In this document: positions 26,858-38,624 of the stretch, piece after piece | Layout of the letters: each line of letters starts with the position of its first letter | Position numbering within the stretch: the first letter of the stretch is position 1 | Origin: an uncultured Collinsella sp. | GTDB lineage: Bacteria > Actinomycetota > Coriobacteriia > Coriobacteriales > Coriobacteriaceae | Direction of reading: 5' to 3' | Assembly: GCA_902479075.1 (NCBI GenBank) | Contig: CABSNK010000012.1 | Span: forward strand, 10,498-74,497 | Length of the DNA stretch: 64,000 bases | The notes under the pieces: generated by a model | What the model saw: the letters and a program-made list of their open reading frames with translations, nothing else | What the model was told of the DNA's origin: nothing | Databases searched by the model: none | Made by a program: the position numbers and the translations under genes

Positions 26858-27407
26858 TTATGAGCGCGAGAACGGCACGGTTGCTTTCGGCGGCTTTCTA
26901 GATGCCGAACGCCAGCGCATTTTGGCCGCGGCGACACCGGAACGCCGTGCCCAAATGGAGGCCGCCGAGCAATCGCGCGCAATCTATCGCGCCTGGAACA
27001 CGGTGTGCGCGGGAACGCGCGAAGGGCGCCATGTGACGGGTCTGCGCTATCTGCCCGAGTCCAACGAGCTGTTGGTGTATCTCGACTCGCCCTCGTGGAC
27101 GCAGGAAATGACGCTGCTGCGCGAGATCATCCGCGCGCGCATGGAGCGCGTCGGCGCACATGTCGACGGCCTGGTGTTCAAAACGACCGCCCCCGGCCAC
27201 ACGCCGCCCGCCGCCAAGGAGCGCCTGCGGCCGGCCGAGATTGAGCGCCCGCCGGCTCCGCATGCCGACCTCAGCGAGTCCGAGCGCGCCGAGATCGAGC
27301 GCCAAGTGGCACCCATCGAAGACCAAAAACTGCGCGAGGCCCTCGAGAATGCCATGAGAGCCAGTGCCGAGTGGGCCAAGGGCGTGCAGAGCAAAAAAGA
27401 GCCTTAA
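26844..27407 (+). CDS. DUF721 / DciA-like protein (recF-gyrB interval)
   Basis: Conserved actinobacterial position between recF and gyrB. LLVYLDSPSWTQEMTLLREIIRARM resembles DUF721. Start uncertain (GTG 26844). Confidence 0.6.
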   Translation: MRRANYERENGTVAFGGFLDAERQRILAAATPERRAQMEAAEQSRAIYRAWNTVCAGTREGRHVTGLRYLPESNELLVYLDSPSWTQEMTLLREIIRARMERVGAHVDGLVFKTTAPGHTPPAAKERLRPAEIERPPAPHADLSESERAEIERQVAPIEDQKLREALENAMRASAEWAKGVQSKKEP

Positions 27408-27433
27408 ATCGCATCTGGTGGCCTTGTGGAGCC

Positions 27434-27463
27434 AAATACCCTCGTTCCCGAGGGTATTTTTTT
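27434..27463 (+). terminator. Rho-independent terminator
   Basis: AAATACCCTCG-TTCC-CGAGGGTATTT followed by TTTT. Confidence 0.85.
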
Positions 27464-27470
27464 ACGATAA

Positions 27471-29543
<2,073 letters not shown>

Positions 29544-29698
29544 TCCCCGCGGCTTTCCCAGCCACCGCACCTTCGCCCTCAATCGTCGGTCGCGTACCCA
29601 AGTACGCTTCCCTCCTCTTTCGGGCGAATCTGCGGCACCTGGAAAAGCCGTCTCCGTGGTAGGGAACTAATGGACCACGCAAACCATGAGGAGGTAAC

Positions 29699-32440
29699 GT
29701 GGCAGACGATATCAACAATAACGAGGGTATGGACGAGGCCGGCGACGCCGGCATGCCCGATGATTTGAAGCGCCTGCTCGCCCGCGCCGAGCAGGGCGAG
29801 GACGGCGATTCGGACGCCTATAACCCCGATGCCGATGATGATGAGGAAGAGGACGACGACGGTGAGCTCGAGGAGAGCTTTGGCGAAGTCGACCGTGGAG
29901 CTTCTGCCGGCGAGGATATAAACGGCGGCCAGCTCCAGATTTCGGAGTTCGGCCGTGAGATGAAACAGTCGTTCATCGAGTATTCGATGTCGGTCATCAC
30001 GGCGCGCGCCCTGCCGGACGTGCGCGACGGCCTAAAGCCGGTCCACCGCCGCATTCTGTACGCGATGAACGAGAGCGGCATCTACCCCAACCGCCCACAC
30101 AAGAAGTCGGCCTGGACGGTCGGCGAAGTTATCGGTAAGTACCATCCGCACAATGACTCCGCGGTCTACGAGGCCATGGTTCGCCTGGCGCAGTGGTTCT
30201 CCATGCGCACACCGCTCATCGACGGCCACGGCAACTTCGGTAACATCGATGGCGATGGCGCCGCCGCCATGCGTTACACCGAGAGCCGCCTGGCAAAGCC
30301 CGCCATGGAGCTGCTACGTGACCTACAGAAGGATACCGTCGACTGGCAGCCCAACTACGACGAGTCGCTCGCCGAGCCCGTGGCACTGCCCGCGCGCTTC
30401 CCCAACCTGCTGGTCAACGGCAGCCAGGGCATCGCCGTCGGCATGGCCACCAACATCGCCCCGCACAACCTCACCGAGGCAATCGAGGCCACCTGCTACC
30501 TGATCGACAATCCCGACGCCACCGTCGACGAGCTCATGCAGATCATGCCCGGTCCGGACTTCCCCACCGGCGCCATCATCATGGGCGGCGCCGGCATCAA
30601 ACAGAGTTACGAGACCGGACGCGGCTCCATCACCGTGCGCGCCAAGGCTCATGTGGAGTCTACCAAGACCGGCCGCAACCGCCTGGTCTTTACCGAGATC
30701 CCCTACATGGTCAACAAGGGCACCCTGCAGGAGAAGATCGCCCAGCTCGTCAACGACAAGCGCATCGAGGGCATCTCGGACATGCGCGATGAGTCCAACC
30801 AGAAGGGCATCCGCCTGGTTATCGAGCTCAAGAAGGGTGTTATCCCGCAGGTCGTACTCAACAATCTGTACAAGTACACCTCGTTGCAGACGACCTTTGG
30901 CGCCAACAACCTGGCGCTCGTCAACGGCGTGCCCAAATGCCTGAGCCTGCGCGAGATGCTGCAGCACTATATCGACCACCAGGTCGACGTCGTCACCCGC
31001 CGCACTCGTTTTGACCTCAAGAAGGCCCAGGCGCGTGCGCATATCCTCGAGGGCTACCTGATGGCCCTCGACCATATCGACGAGGTTATCAGCATTATCC
31101 GCTCCTCGCAGACCGACTCCGAGGCCAGCAGCCGCCTGATCGAGCGCTTTGGCTTTACGCCCGAGCAGACCACGGCCATCCTCGAGATGAAGCTGCGCCG
31201 CCTGACCGGCTTGGAGCGCAACAAGATCCAGGAAGAGCTGGACGGCCTGCGTCGCGCCATCGCCTACTACGAGGACCTGCTGGCGCATGAGGAGAAGATC
31301 TTGGGCGTCATCAAGGAGGAGATGCGCGAGATCTCCAAGAAGTTCGGCGACAAGCGCCGCACCGAGATCAGCCAGGTTGAGAAGGATCTGGATGTCGAGG
31401 ACCTCATCGCCGACGAGGACATGGTCGTGACCATCACCCACACCGGCTATGTGAAGCGTATCCCGGTGGCTGCCTACCGTGCCCAGAAGCGCGGTGGCAA
31501 GGGCGTGTCGGGCGTCAACCTCAAAGAGGATGACGTTATCGACGAGATGTTTATTGCGTCCACGCACGAGTACGTGCTGTTCTTCTCGAGCAAGGGCAAG
31601 GTCTATCGCCTGAAGGTGCACGAACTGCCGGTGGGTACGCGACAGGCCCGCGGCACTGCGATCGTCAACCTGCTGCCCTTCGAGGACGGCGAGAAGATCG
31701 CGAGCGTCATCAGCTGCCGCGAGTTCCCCGCCGACGAGTACCTGATGTTTGCCACCAAGAGCGGCATGGTCAAGAAGACCGTGATGAGCGCGTATGACCG
31801 CAGCCGCCGCGATGGACTCATTGCCATCAACCTGCGCGACGACGACGCGCTGCTGAACGTGCGCCGCGTGCGCGAGGGCGACAAGATTATCCTGGCCACC
31901 ACCGCGGGCAAGGCGATCATGTTCTCCGAGGAGCAGGTGCGCGCCACCGGCCGCGATACCAGCGGCGTTCGCGGTATCGGTCTGAAGGACGGCGTGAGCG
32001 TTCTGGGCATGGAAGTCACTAACGGCAACGGCGATCTATTCGTCATCACCGAGCGCGGCTACGGCAAGCGCACGCCGGTCGCGGACTACCCGGAGCAGAA
32101 TCGCGGCGGCCAGGGCGTCTACACCATTCAAATGACCGAACGTAAGGGTAACCTCGCGGCCATGAAGACGGTGGGCCCGCAGCACGAGCTGTTCATCGTG
32201 ACGGAGGGCGCGACGGTCATTCGCGTCAAGACCGACGAGATCAGCCAGACCGGCCGCGCCACCCAGGGCGTCAAGATGATGACCGTCGACGACAACGACC
32301 GCATCTGCGCCGTGGCCCGCATGACGGCCGCCAAAGAGAGGCCCGAAGGCGAAGCCACAGAAAACGGCTCTGCTTCCGAAGAAACCCCTGTCGATCTAGG
32401 CGACGGCAACGACATGCCAGAAGATCTCCTAGACGAGTAA
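29699..32440 (+). CDS. gyrA: DNA gyrase subunit A (acidic N- and C-terminal extensions)
   Basis: [29 protein letters not shown] active-site Tyr, GyrA-box/beta-pinwheel repeats. Confidence 0.96.
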   Translation: MADDINNNEGMDEAGDAGMPDDLKRLLARAEQGEDGDSDAYNPDADDDEEEDDDGELEESFGEVDRGASAGEDINGGQLQISEFGREMKQSFIEYSMSVITARALPDVRDGLKPVHRRILYAMNESGIYPNRPHKKSAWTVGEVIGKYHPHNDSAVYEAMVRLAQWFSMRTPLIDGHGNFGNIDGDGAAAMRYTESRLAKPAMELLRDLQKDTVDWQPNYDESLAEPVALPARFPNLLVNGSQGIAVGMATNIAPHNLTEAIEATCYLIDNPDATVDELMQIMPGPDFPTGAIIMGGAGIKQSYETGRGSITVRAKAHVESTKTGRNRLVFTEIPYMVNKGTLQEKIAQLVNDKRIEGISDMRDESNQKGIRLVIELKKGVIPQVVLNNLYKYTSLQTTFGANNLALVNGVPKCLSLREMLQHYIDHQVDVVTRRTRFDLKKAQARAHILEGYLMALDHIDEVISIIRSSQTDSEASSRLIERFGFTPEQTTAILEMKLRRLTGLERNKIQEELDGLRRAIAYYEDLLAHEEKILGVIKEEMREISKKFGDKRRTEISQVEKDLDVEDLIADEDMVVTITHTGYVKRIPVAAYRAQKRGGKGVSGVNLKEDDVIDEMFIASTHEYVLFFSSKGKVYRLKVHELPVGTRQARGTAIVNLLPFEDGEKIASVISCREFPADEYLMFATKSGMVKKTVMSAYDRSRRDGLIAINLRDDDALLNVRRVREGDKIILATTAGKAIMFSEEQVRATGRDTSGVRGIGLKDGVSVLGMEVTNGNGDLFVITERGYGKRTPVADYPEQNRGGQGVYTIQMTERKGNLAAMKTVGPQHELFIVTEGATVIRVKTDEISQTGRATQGVKMMTVDDNDRICAVARMTAAKERPEGEATENGSASEETPVDLGDGNDMPEDLLDE

Positions 32441-32480
32441 GAGGCCCTAGCTGGTAGAAAATATCAGACACCATATATCG

Positions 32481-32513
32481 GCGGTCGGCGCACTGCGCGC
32501 CGACCGCTTTTTT
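32481..32513 (+). terminator. Rho-independent terminator after gyrA
   Basis: GCGGTCGGCGC-ACT-GCGCCGACCGC followed by TTTTTT. Confidence 0.88.
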
Positions 32514-32684
32514 GAAAACCTTGGGACCCTATGGTCGCTGGGCTGGCGAGATGGTTTTGGTTTGTCGCGAGTTCCGCACGCAAAGAAGGCCACTTAATGT
32601 GGCCTTCGTCTTGCGCAGGACTGTCCGAGCAGCAAACCAAAACCATCTCGCCAGCCCAGCGACCACCCCTCCCAAAGATTTTCA
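32513..32684. repeat. ~170-bp imperfect palindrome with a 32-bp perfect inverted-repeat core
   Basis: GGTCGCTGGGCTGGCGAGATGGTTTTGGTTTG at 32533-32564 is the exact reverse complement of 32633-32664. The outer arms are partly complementary. The 68-nt centre contains the hairpin GAAGGCCAC-TTAA-TGTGGCCTTC. It generates mirror-image ORFs on both strands. Confidence 0.9.
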
Positions 32685-32693
32685 AAAAAGTTG

Positions 32694-32723
32694 TTGACGC
32701 GCGCGTAACGACTCGTCTAATAT
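32694..32723 (+). promoter_or_regulatory. Putative sigma-70-type promoter of the tRNA cluster
   Basis: TTGACG (32694-32699), 18-nt spacer, TAATAT (32718-32723). The tRNA starts at 32738. Confidence 0.55.
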
Positions 32724-32737
32724 ATCCCTTGCGCGAT

Positions 32738-32814
32738 GGACCTGTAGCTCAGTTGGTTAGAGCGTCCGGCTGATAACCGGGAGGTCACAAGTTCGAATCT
32801 TGTCAGGTCCACCA
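32738..32814 (+). tRNA. tRNA-Ile (GAT)
   Basis: GGACCTGTAGCTCAGTTGGTTAGAGC...CTGATAA anticodon loop...GGTTCGAATC..CCACCA. Confidence 0.93.
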
Positions 32815-32825
32815 CTTTCTTTCGC

Positions 32826-32870
32826 AATAAACACCCCAGCGAGAGCCGAGTCGCCGCTGGGGTGTTTATT
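32826..32870. repeat. 16-bp perfect stem hairpin between tRNA-Ile and tRNA-Ala
   Basis: AATAAACACCCCAGCG (32826-32841) pairs with CGCTGGGGTGTTTATT (32855-32870). Confidence 0.85.
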
Positions 32871-32881
32871 ACTGTCTCCGT

Positions 32882-32957
32882 GGGGGTTTAGCTCAGCTGG
32901 GAGAGCGCGGGCTTTGCAAGCCTGAGGTCAGGGGTTCGATCCCCCTAACCTCCACCA
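32882..32957 (+). tRNA. tRNA-Ala (TGC)
   Basis: GGGGGTTTAGCTCAGCTGGGAGAGC..TTTGCAA loop. G3:U70 pair present. CCA encoded. Confidence 0.93.
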
Positions 32958-32961
32958 TGAT

Positions 32962-33038
32962 GGACCTGTAGCTCAGTTGGTTAGAGCGTCCGGCTGATAA
33001 CCGGGAGGTCACAAGTTCGAATCTTGTCAGGTCCACCA
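32962..33038 (+). tRNA. tRNA-Ile (GAT), identical second copy
   Basis: 77/77 identical to 32738-32814. Confidence 0.93.
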
Positions 33039-33052
33039 TCAAAACCGTGAAG

Positions 33053-33083
33053 AGCCTCGGGGCAATTGCCTCGAGGCTTTTTT
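33053..33083 (+). terminator. Terminator after the tRNA cluster
   Basis: AGCCTCGGGGCA-AT-TGCCTCGAGGCT followed by TTTTTT. Confidence 0.8.
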
Positions 33084-33223
33084 CTTACCTACTGCAAGTA
33101 GTCAAAAAGGTCCCGTCCCAAATTAACTACTTTGATTTTGTGTGCTGTGCGGAAGTTTGGGTAGTATAGCTATTCAATGCGGCGGGCCGCCGCGTGTTAA
33201 CCGCTACGTACCGGAGGTGTTCC

Positions 33224-33724
33224 ATGGTTCGTGTCGACATAGAGACTATCGTCATGGCCGCCGGTCCCGTGCCATCGCTTATCGTGCTTCGCGAGCGCTG
33301 CAGCAAGTCGGATTCCCCCGCGCCGCTGCGCTCCCTCTCCATCCAGACCGGCTCGTTTGAGGCTGCGGCAATCAGCCGCGGCATCGACAGCGGTCGCGCC
33401 GATCGCCCGATCACGCACGACCTGCTGCTCGACACCGTCGACGCCCTGGGCGCCAAGCTCGAGCGCGTCGAAATCGTCCGCGCCGAGCCGCCCGTGTTTT
33501 ACGCGACGGTTGTCGTGTTGGCCGATGGCAACGAGCATCGGATCGATGCGCGTCCGAGCGATGCTATCGCCCTCGCCGTGCGCAGTAATGCCCCCATGTT
33601 CGTTGAAGACGACATCATGAATCGATTGGGCACCGTCTCACCGCACGCCGAGGAAGTCGACGACGAGCAAGAGTTCGAAGAGTTCGATGAGTTCGTTCAC
33701 ACGCTCTCGCCCGATGATTTTTAA
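33224..33724 (+). CDS. Bifunctional nuclease (BFN/DUF151) family protein
   Basis: Start at MVRVDIETIVM (GGAGG 6 nt upstream). RPITHDLLLDTVDALG and IDARPSDAIALAVR are typical DUF151 motifs. Confidence 0.8.
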   Translation: MVRVDIETIVMAAGPVPSLIVLRERCSKSDSPAPLRSLSIQTGSFEAAAISRGIDSGRADRPITHDLLLDTVDALGAKLERVEIVRAEPPVFYATVVVLADGNEHRIDARPSDAIALAVRSNAPMFVEDDIMNRLGTVSPHAEEVDDEQEFEEFDEFVHTLSPDDF

Positions 33725-34114
33725 ATGCTCGACAAACATGCGACGGAGTGCGTGCTCGTGAGCGCCGGAGTTTCTGCCGAGACGGCTGCGATCGCCCGCG
33801 AGGCCCAGATGCGCTCGGAGGCTTCTGAGGCGGCACGCATCGCCTATGTGACGCAGGCCCGCACGCTTCGCGAACGCCGCGGCTCGTTTATCAAGATGGC
33901 CGTCATCTCCGCCCTTGTCGCGGCAATCTGTTCGCGCCTTCGTGGTACAGTTGGTGCGCTTGGGTTTTCGATCTCTACGGGGCTGGTGATCTGGGGCGTG
34001 GTCGATGCAGTCATGCTGACCAGCCAGATCAAGGTGCTCGACAAGCGCGCGTCGGACATGATGCGAGCCCGCGATGCCGCCGCTAAGATCGCCGCCGAGG
34101 CGCAAGAACTGTAA
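33725..34114 (+). CDS. Hypothetical membrane protein (2 predicted TM helices)
   Basis: ATG immediately follows the upstream stop. High GC3. FIKMAVISALVAAICS...STGLVIWGVVDAVML. Confidence 0.55.
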   Translation: MLDKHATECVLVSAGVSAETAAIAREAQMRSEASEAARIAYVTQARTLRERRGSFIKMAVISALVAAICSRLRGTVGALGFSISTGLVIWGVVDAVMLTSQIKVLDKRASDMMRARDAAAKIAAEAQEL

Positions 34115-34144
34115 CGACGCCAGACTCGATGGGAAGGTCTAAAG

Positions 34145-34594
34145 ATGGCACAGGATATGCAGGACGCCGGTAACGTCTCCGCCGAGCTCGACGCCATGGT
34201 GTGCGATCTGATCGGCGCGTTCTTGGATGACCTTGCCGCCGGTGAAAACCCCGGCGTGGTCGTGGCAATTGAGGACGCCGCTTCCAACCGTTATCTGGCG
34301 GCGCTCGATGAGGATGGCGAAGAGGCGTGCCTCGAGGCGGCCACCAACTTTATCTCCGAGCACAAGATGGGTCTTAAGGACGAGGGCCTGGGCCGTATCG
34401 CCCGCTATGCCATCGGCTATACCGGCTGCGTCGAGATTGACGGCGGCTACCATGACGCTCTGCTCGTGAGTTTTTTTGAGACGACGCTCGAGAGCGGTTT
34501 TTCGGCATATGTGCTGTATGAGGGCATGGGCGCCGGCGATGGTTTTATGTGGAGCGACCCTGAACCTGCAGGTGAGGAAACCCCTCTCATCTAA
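34145..34594 (+). CDS. Hypothetical acidic cytoplasmic protein
   Basis: Coding-like GC3. No motif I recognise. Confidence 0.55.
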   Translation: MAQDMQDAGNVSAELDAMVCDLIGAFLDDLAAGENPGVVVAIEDAASNRYLAALDEDGEEACLEAATNFISEHKMGLKDEGLGRIARYAIGYTGCVEIDGGYHDALLVSFFETTLESGFSAYVLYEGMGAGDGFMWSDPEPAGEETPLI

Positions 34595-34711
34595 AATCGC
34601 TAAAATAAACGAGTTTTCGGTAAAAGGCTCAATATTCCCGCCGAGCGTTGTATCGCTGGGCGGGTCGCATACGCGTGCCGTTTGTATATGGATAGAAGAT
34701 AGGGGAACTAC

Positions 34712-36550
34712 ATGCGCGTAGACAATCTGAGGAACATCGCCATCATCGCTCACGTCGACCACGGCAAGACAACGATGGTCGACAAGCTCCTGCGTGCCAC
34801 GGACGCCTTCCGTGCCAACCAGCAGGTCGAGGACCGCGTCCTGGATTCCAACGACCAGGAGCGCGAGCGCGGCATTACGATTCTCGCCAAGAACATCTCT
34901 ATCGAGTACAAGGACGTTAAGATCAACGTCATCGATACCCCGGGCCACGCCGACTTTGGCGGCGAGGTCGAGCGCGTGCTGCGTATGGCCGACGGCGCCC
35001 TGCTGCTGGTCGACGCTTTTGAGGGCCCCATGCCCCAGACCCGCTTCGTGCTGCGTCACGCTATCGACACCGGCCTTAAGATCATGATCGTCATCAACAA
35101 GATCGACCGTCCGGGTGCCAACCCCGAGAAGGCCTACAACGACTGCCTGGACCTCATGGCCGACCTGGGCGCCACCGACGACCAGCTTGAGTTCGCCATG
35201 GAACACGCGGTCTACGCCAGCGCCATGAATGGCTTTGCCCGCCTTGACCCCAACGACGGCAACATGGACATGTATCCGCTGCTCGATATGATCATCGACG
35301 ACATGCCCGCGCCCGAGGTTGACGAGAACGCCCCGCTGGCCATGCAGTGCGTGACCATCGACCACTCCAACTTCGTTGGCCGTATCGGCATCGGTCGCGT
35401 GTACTCCGGCACTATCCACCAGGGCGACCAGATTCTGGTTGTCAAGAACGACGGCTCCAGCGCCACCGCTACCGTCAAACAGCTCTTTACCTTCGACTAC
35501 CTGGGCCGCACCGAGTGCCAGGAAGTCGGCGCAGGCGACATTGCCGCCGTCGTGGGCATTGACCGCACCGATATCGGTGATGTCTACACCGATCCCGAGA
35601 ACCCCGTCGAGCTCGAGCCCATCGAGATCGACCCGCCGACCATGTCCATCGTCTTTGAGGCTTCGACCTCCCCGCTCGTCGGTCGCGACGGCGACATCGT
35701 AGGCGCCCGTCAGCTCAAGGAGCGCCTGTTCAACGAGGCCGAGAACAACGTGACCATGAAGATCGAGGAGCTCGAGGACAAGAGCGGCGTCGAGGTCTCG
35801 GGCCGCGGCATTCTGCACCTGTCCGTTCTGATGGAGTCCATGCGCCGCGAGGGCTTTGAGTTCCAGGTCGGCCGTCCCCGCGTTCTGTTTAAGAAGGACG
35901 AGAACGGTAACAAGATGGAGCCCGTCGAGCAGGCCGTCGTCGAGTGCCCGGACGAGTACTCGGGTAAGGTCGTTGAGGTCTTCGGCACCTCCGGCGGCAT
36001 CATGACGAGCATGGATACCTCGGGCATCGTGACGCACCTCGAGTTCAAGATCCCGACCCGCGGCATCATGGGTCTTAAGAACCGCATCATGAACGTTACC
36101 CACGGCGAGGGCGTGTTCTACCACACCTTCCTGGAGTATGGTCCTTACGCCGGCGAGATCGGTAACCGTCAGAACGGCGCCATGATCTCCATGACCACCG
36201 AGAAGGCCGTTGCCTATGCTCTGGGTACGCTGCAGGAGCGCGGCCAGCTGTTTGTTGAGCCGGGCACCGAGTGCTATGAGGGCATGATCGTGGGCGAGCG
36301 CAGCAAGGCCGGCGACATGGTCGTCAACATCGCCCGTACCAAGAACCTGGGCAACCAGCGTTCCTCGACCTCCGATATCTCCGTCCAGCTGGTGCCGCCC
36401 CGCACTTTCTCGCTGGAGGAAGCGCTGGAGTACATCGCCGACGACGAGCTGGTCGAGATCACTCCCAAGAACATTCGCCTGCGCAAGCGTCTGCTCAACG
36501 CCACCGACCGCAAGAAGGCTGCCGTTCGCGCCGGCCAGGTCAACAAATAA
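34712..36550 (+). CDS. typA: Translational GTPase TypA/BipA
   Basis: [39 protein letters not shown]. Confidence 0.95.
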   Translation: MRVDNLRNIAIIAHVDHGKTTMVDKLLRATDAFRANQQVEDRVLDSNDQERERGITILAKNISIEYKDVKINVIDTPGHADFGGEVERVLRMADGALLLVDAFEGPMPQTRFVLRHAIDTGLKIMIVINKIDRPGANPEKAYNDCLDLMADLGATDDQLEFAMEHAVYASAMNGFARLDPNDGNMDMYPLLDMIIDDMPAPEVDENAPLAMQCVTIDHSNFVGRIGIGRVYSGTIHQGDQILVVKNDGSSATATVKQLFTFDYLGRTECQEVGAGDIAAVVGIDRTDIGDVYTDPENPVELEPIEIDPPTMSIVFEASTSPLVGRDGDIVGARQLKERLFNEAENNVTMKIEELEDKSGVEVSGRGILHLSVLMESMRREGFEFQVGRPRVLFKKDENGNKMEPVEQAVVECPDEYSGKVVEVFGTSGGIMTSMDTSGIVTHLEFKIPTRGIMGLKNRIMNVTHGEGVFYHTFLEYGPYAGEIGNRQNGAMISMTTEKAVAYALGTLQERGQLFVEPGTECYEGMIVGERSKAGDMVVNIARTKNLGNQRSSTSDISVQLVPPRTFSLEEALEYIADDELVEITPKNIRLRKRLLNATDRKKAAVRAGQVNK

Positions 36551-36578
36551 GCGCTGGGCTTTATAGCGACTAACAAGA

Positions 36579-36612
36579 AAGGGCGTCGACTGCAATGGTC
36601 GGCGCCCTTTTT
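36579..36612 (+). terminator. Terminator after typA
   Basis: AAGGGCGTCGAC-loop-GTCGGCGCCCTT followed by TTT. Confidence 0.75.
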
Positions 36613-36679
36613 GGTGCAAGGGGATTGAGCTGGTCTGCACCGCCACAAGGGTGCCTGGCCCCTTTGTGGCGGTTGGCGG

Positions 36680-37828
36680 CTAAGCGGTGGGGAGTCCCGG
36701 TGTGTTGGCTGCCTGCTGCGGCTTGAGGTGGGCGTTGCGCCAGATGATTTGGATGATGTAGCCGAGCATAAAGACAAAGGCTACGCCGCTGATGAAGTCG
36801 CCTACGAGGGGGATTGCCGTAAGCGCGCCCGCGGCGATGCCGCCCACGGCCGCCATGGCGTAACGGTTCTGGCTGTGTCCGACCATGCGGGCGATTGCGC
36901 ACCCCGCAAAGGCACTCGACACCAATGCGATGCCGATAACGCCGCACAAGAGGGTTCCGGCAAGCGACAGGCCAGCGATAGAGATAATCAGCAGCAGGAC
37001 GGCGGGGACGACAGCAATCGTACCCAGAAGACCGCTCACCCACAGGGGCGTGGGGCGCTGGTGGAGCATGCCGGCGGCGCTGGCGGTTGCACGCGGAAAG
37101 ACGAGCTCGAGCAGCAGGGCGACAAAGCAGGTCGAGAGCGCCGCGGCGACGATGCCGCCGATGATGTCATTGGCGGTCGTTGTCGCGTTCTCGTTCTCGG
37201 TGCGGTCGATCTTCAGTGCGCCTACCTCGGCTCCCGCGGCGCGCTCGGGGTCCTCGGAAACGTGCGCGTTTACGGTGCCGGTAATGCGGGCATTCTTGCC
37301 CAAGACGAGCTTATCGGCCCAAACCTCGACATCGCCATCGACGGTGCCGTCGATGGTCACCGTATCGCCTGCAAGTGCCGCCGACTTGGTGGAGCCTCGC
37401 AGGGCAACCGTCTCGCCCATCGCGTAAAAACAGTTGGCGGTGCTGCCGGTGTTGAGCACGACGTGCTGGCCGGCCACCGTGACGCTGCCATCAACCGTGG
37501 TCTTGGCAATGTCGATGGTGCGTGCCGCCAGACGGACGGCGCCGCCCACCGTGCAGTCGCGGATCGAGAGGGTATCGCCCGCGGCGATGATATCGCGGTC
37601 GATGGGCGCATCGTCCAAGTTGAGAGCCTGGCCTGCCCAGTACAGGTCACCCTCGACGCCGGACGGATTGGCGTCATTGTCGGTCGCAAGTATGTTTCCT
37701 GCGGTGTCCGTGCCGGCGAACGACGCCGTGGGAAGTGCGGTGAGCGCCAGCACGATGAGCGCGAATAGGATGGTGATGCGGCCCCACGCTTTACGGCGCT
37801 GGGTCGACGGGAATTGATTGCAGGGCAT
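36680..37828 (-). CDS. Membrane protein with an extracytoplasmic bactofilin-like (polymer-forming, beta-helical repeat) domain and a C-terminal multi-TM region
   Basis: Start at MPCNQF (GAAGGA RBS). Signal/TM ITILFALIVLALTALP. Repeats D.IAAGDTLSI, V.GSVTVAG, GDTVTIDGTVDGDV, ITGTV. About 5 C-terminal TM helices. Confidence 0.6.
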   Translation of the reverse strand: MPCNQFPSTQRRKAWGRITILFALIVLALTALPTASFAGTDTAGNILATDNDANPSGVEGDLYWAGQALNLDDAPIDRDIIAAGDTLSIRDCTVGGAVRLAARTIDIAKTTVDGSVTVAGQHVVLNTGSTANCFYAMGETVALRGSTKSAALAGDTVTIDGTVDGDVEVWADKLVLGKNARITGTVNAHVSEDPERAAGAEVGALKIDRTENENATTTANDIIGGIVAAALSTCFVALLLELVFPRATASAAGMLHQRPTPLWVSGLLGTIAVVPAVLLLIISIAGLSLAGTLLCGVIGIALVSSAFAGCAIARMVGHSQNRYAMAAVGGIAAGALTAIPLVGDFISGVAFVFMLGYIIQIIWRNAHLKPQQAANTPGLPTA

Positions 37829-37934
37829 AGTGAATCCTTCGTCAGATGCTCGATATGCACCTAACAGGGTACCCAACGCATGGGCGCTCTAAAAGAACCT
37901 CTCGGTTGCATTTCGAAGGATGAGCCCGCGCCAC

Positions 37935-38624
37935 CTACTTTTTGCGGTGCAAAAAGCGTGCGATGTCTTCCTCGGTGGGGCTTTTGATGTCAAAACGCAG
38001 CGACAGCCAGCGCAGCCCCATGGTTATCGCAACGCATACGATCAACGCGGTGATGTTGCTGACGACGCCGCTCATGACAAGGCATACGTAGCTCGCCGAG
38101 CCGGCGATGGCTGCGATGGCATAGAAGTTGGTGCGCTGGAAAATGCCCGGCACCACGCCCATAAAACTGTCGCGTAGCATGCCGCCGCCCACCGCGGTGA
38201 AAAAGCCCATCATGATGCACACCGCCGGCGCAAAGCCGTAGACCAGCGCCTTGTCTGCTCCGGTGGCGGCATAGATACCAACCGAGACGATGTCGAGCAG
38301 GGGGATGAGTTTTTCGGGCTTGTCGACGATTGCCGGGAAAATGTAGATGATGGCTGCCGTGGCAATGGAAAGCGGGAGCGCCATCGGCTGGTTGAGGATG
38401 TAGACGTTGCCAACTTGCAGCGTCATATCGCGCAAAAGACCGCCGCCCAGGCCGCAAACCACGGCGAGCGCGACGGCGCCCACCAGGTCGAGCTTGTGCT
38501 CGCGCGCAACCAGAACTCCTGAGATCGATGCCGCGACAACAGCGAACATCTCAAGCCAAAACGGAATAGCGACCATGGCATCCGAGGCATGTGAGGTAAC
38601 GGTCATAGCGGCGACGATGGGCAA
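37935..38624 (-). CDS. TRIC/UPF0126 family cation channel membrane protein
   Basis: Two glycine-rich repeats: VVCGLGGGLLRDM and FFTAVGGGMLRD. TTG start with GAAGGA RBS. Confidence 0.75.
   Translation of the reverse strand: MPIVAAMTVTSHASDAMVAIPFWLEMFAVVAASISGVLVAREHKLDLVGAVALAVVCGLGGGLLRDMTLQVGNVYILNQPMALPLSIATAAIIYIFPAIVDKPEKLIPLLDIVSVGIYAATGADKALVYGFAPAVCIMMGFFTAVGGGMLRDSFMGVVPGIFQRTNFYAIAAIAGSASYVCLVMSGVVSNITALIVCVAITMGLRWLSLRFDIKSPTEEDIARFLHRKK

Noticed and set aside
32464-32773. Mirror-image 73-aa (minus), 61-aa and 80-aa (plus) ORFs
   Set aside because: They are artefacts of the long palindrome. The two strands encode near-identical peptides only because the DNA is self-complementary.
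34139-36646. 835-aa minus-strand ORF
   Set aside because: It lies antisense to typA and the acidic-protein gene. The product is a monotonous G/V/A/L/D-rich sequence with no motifs.
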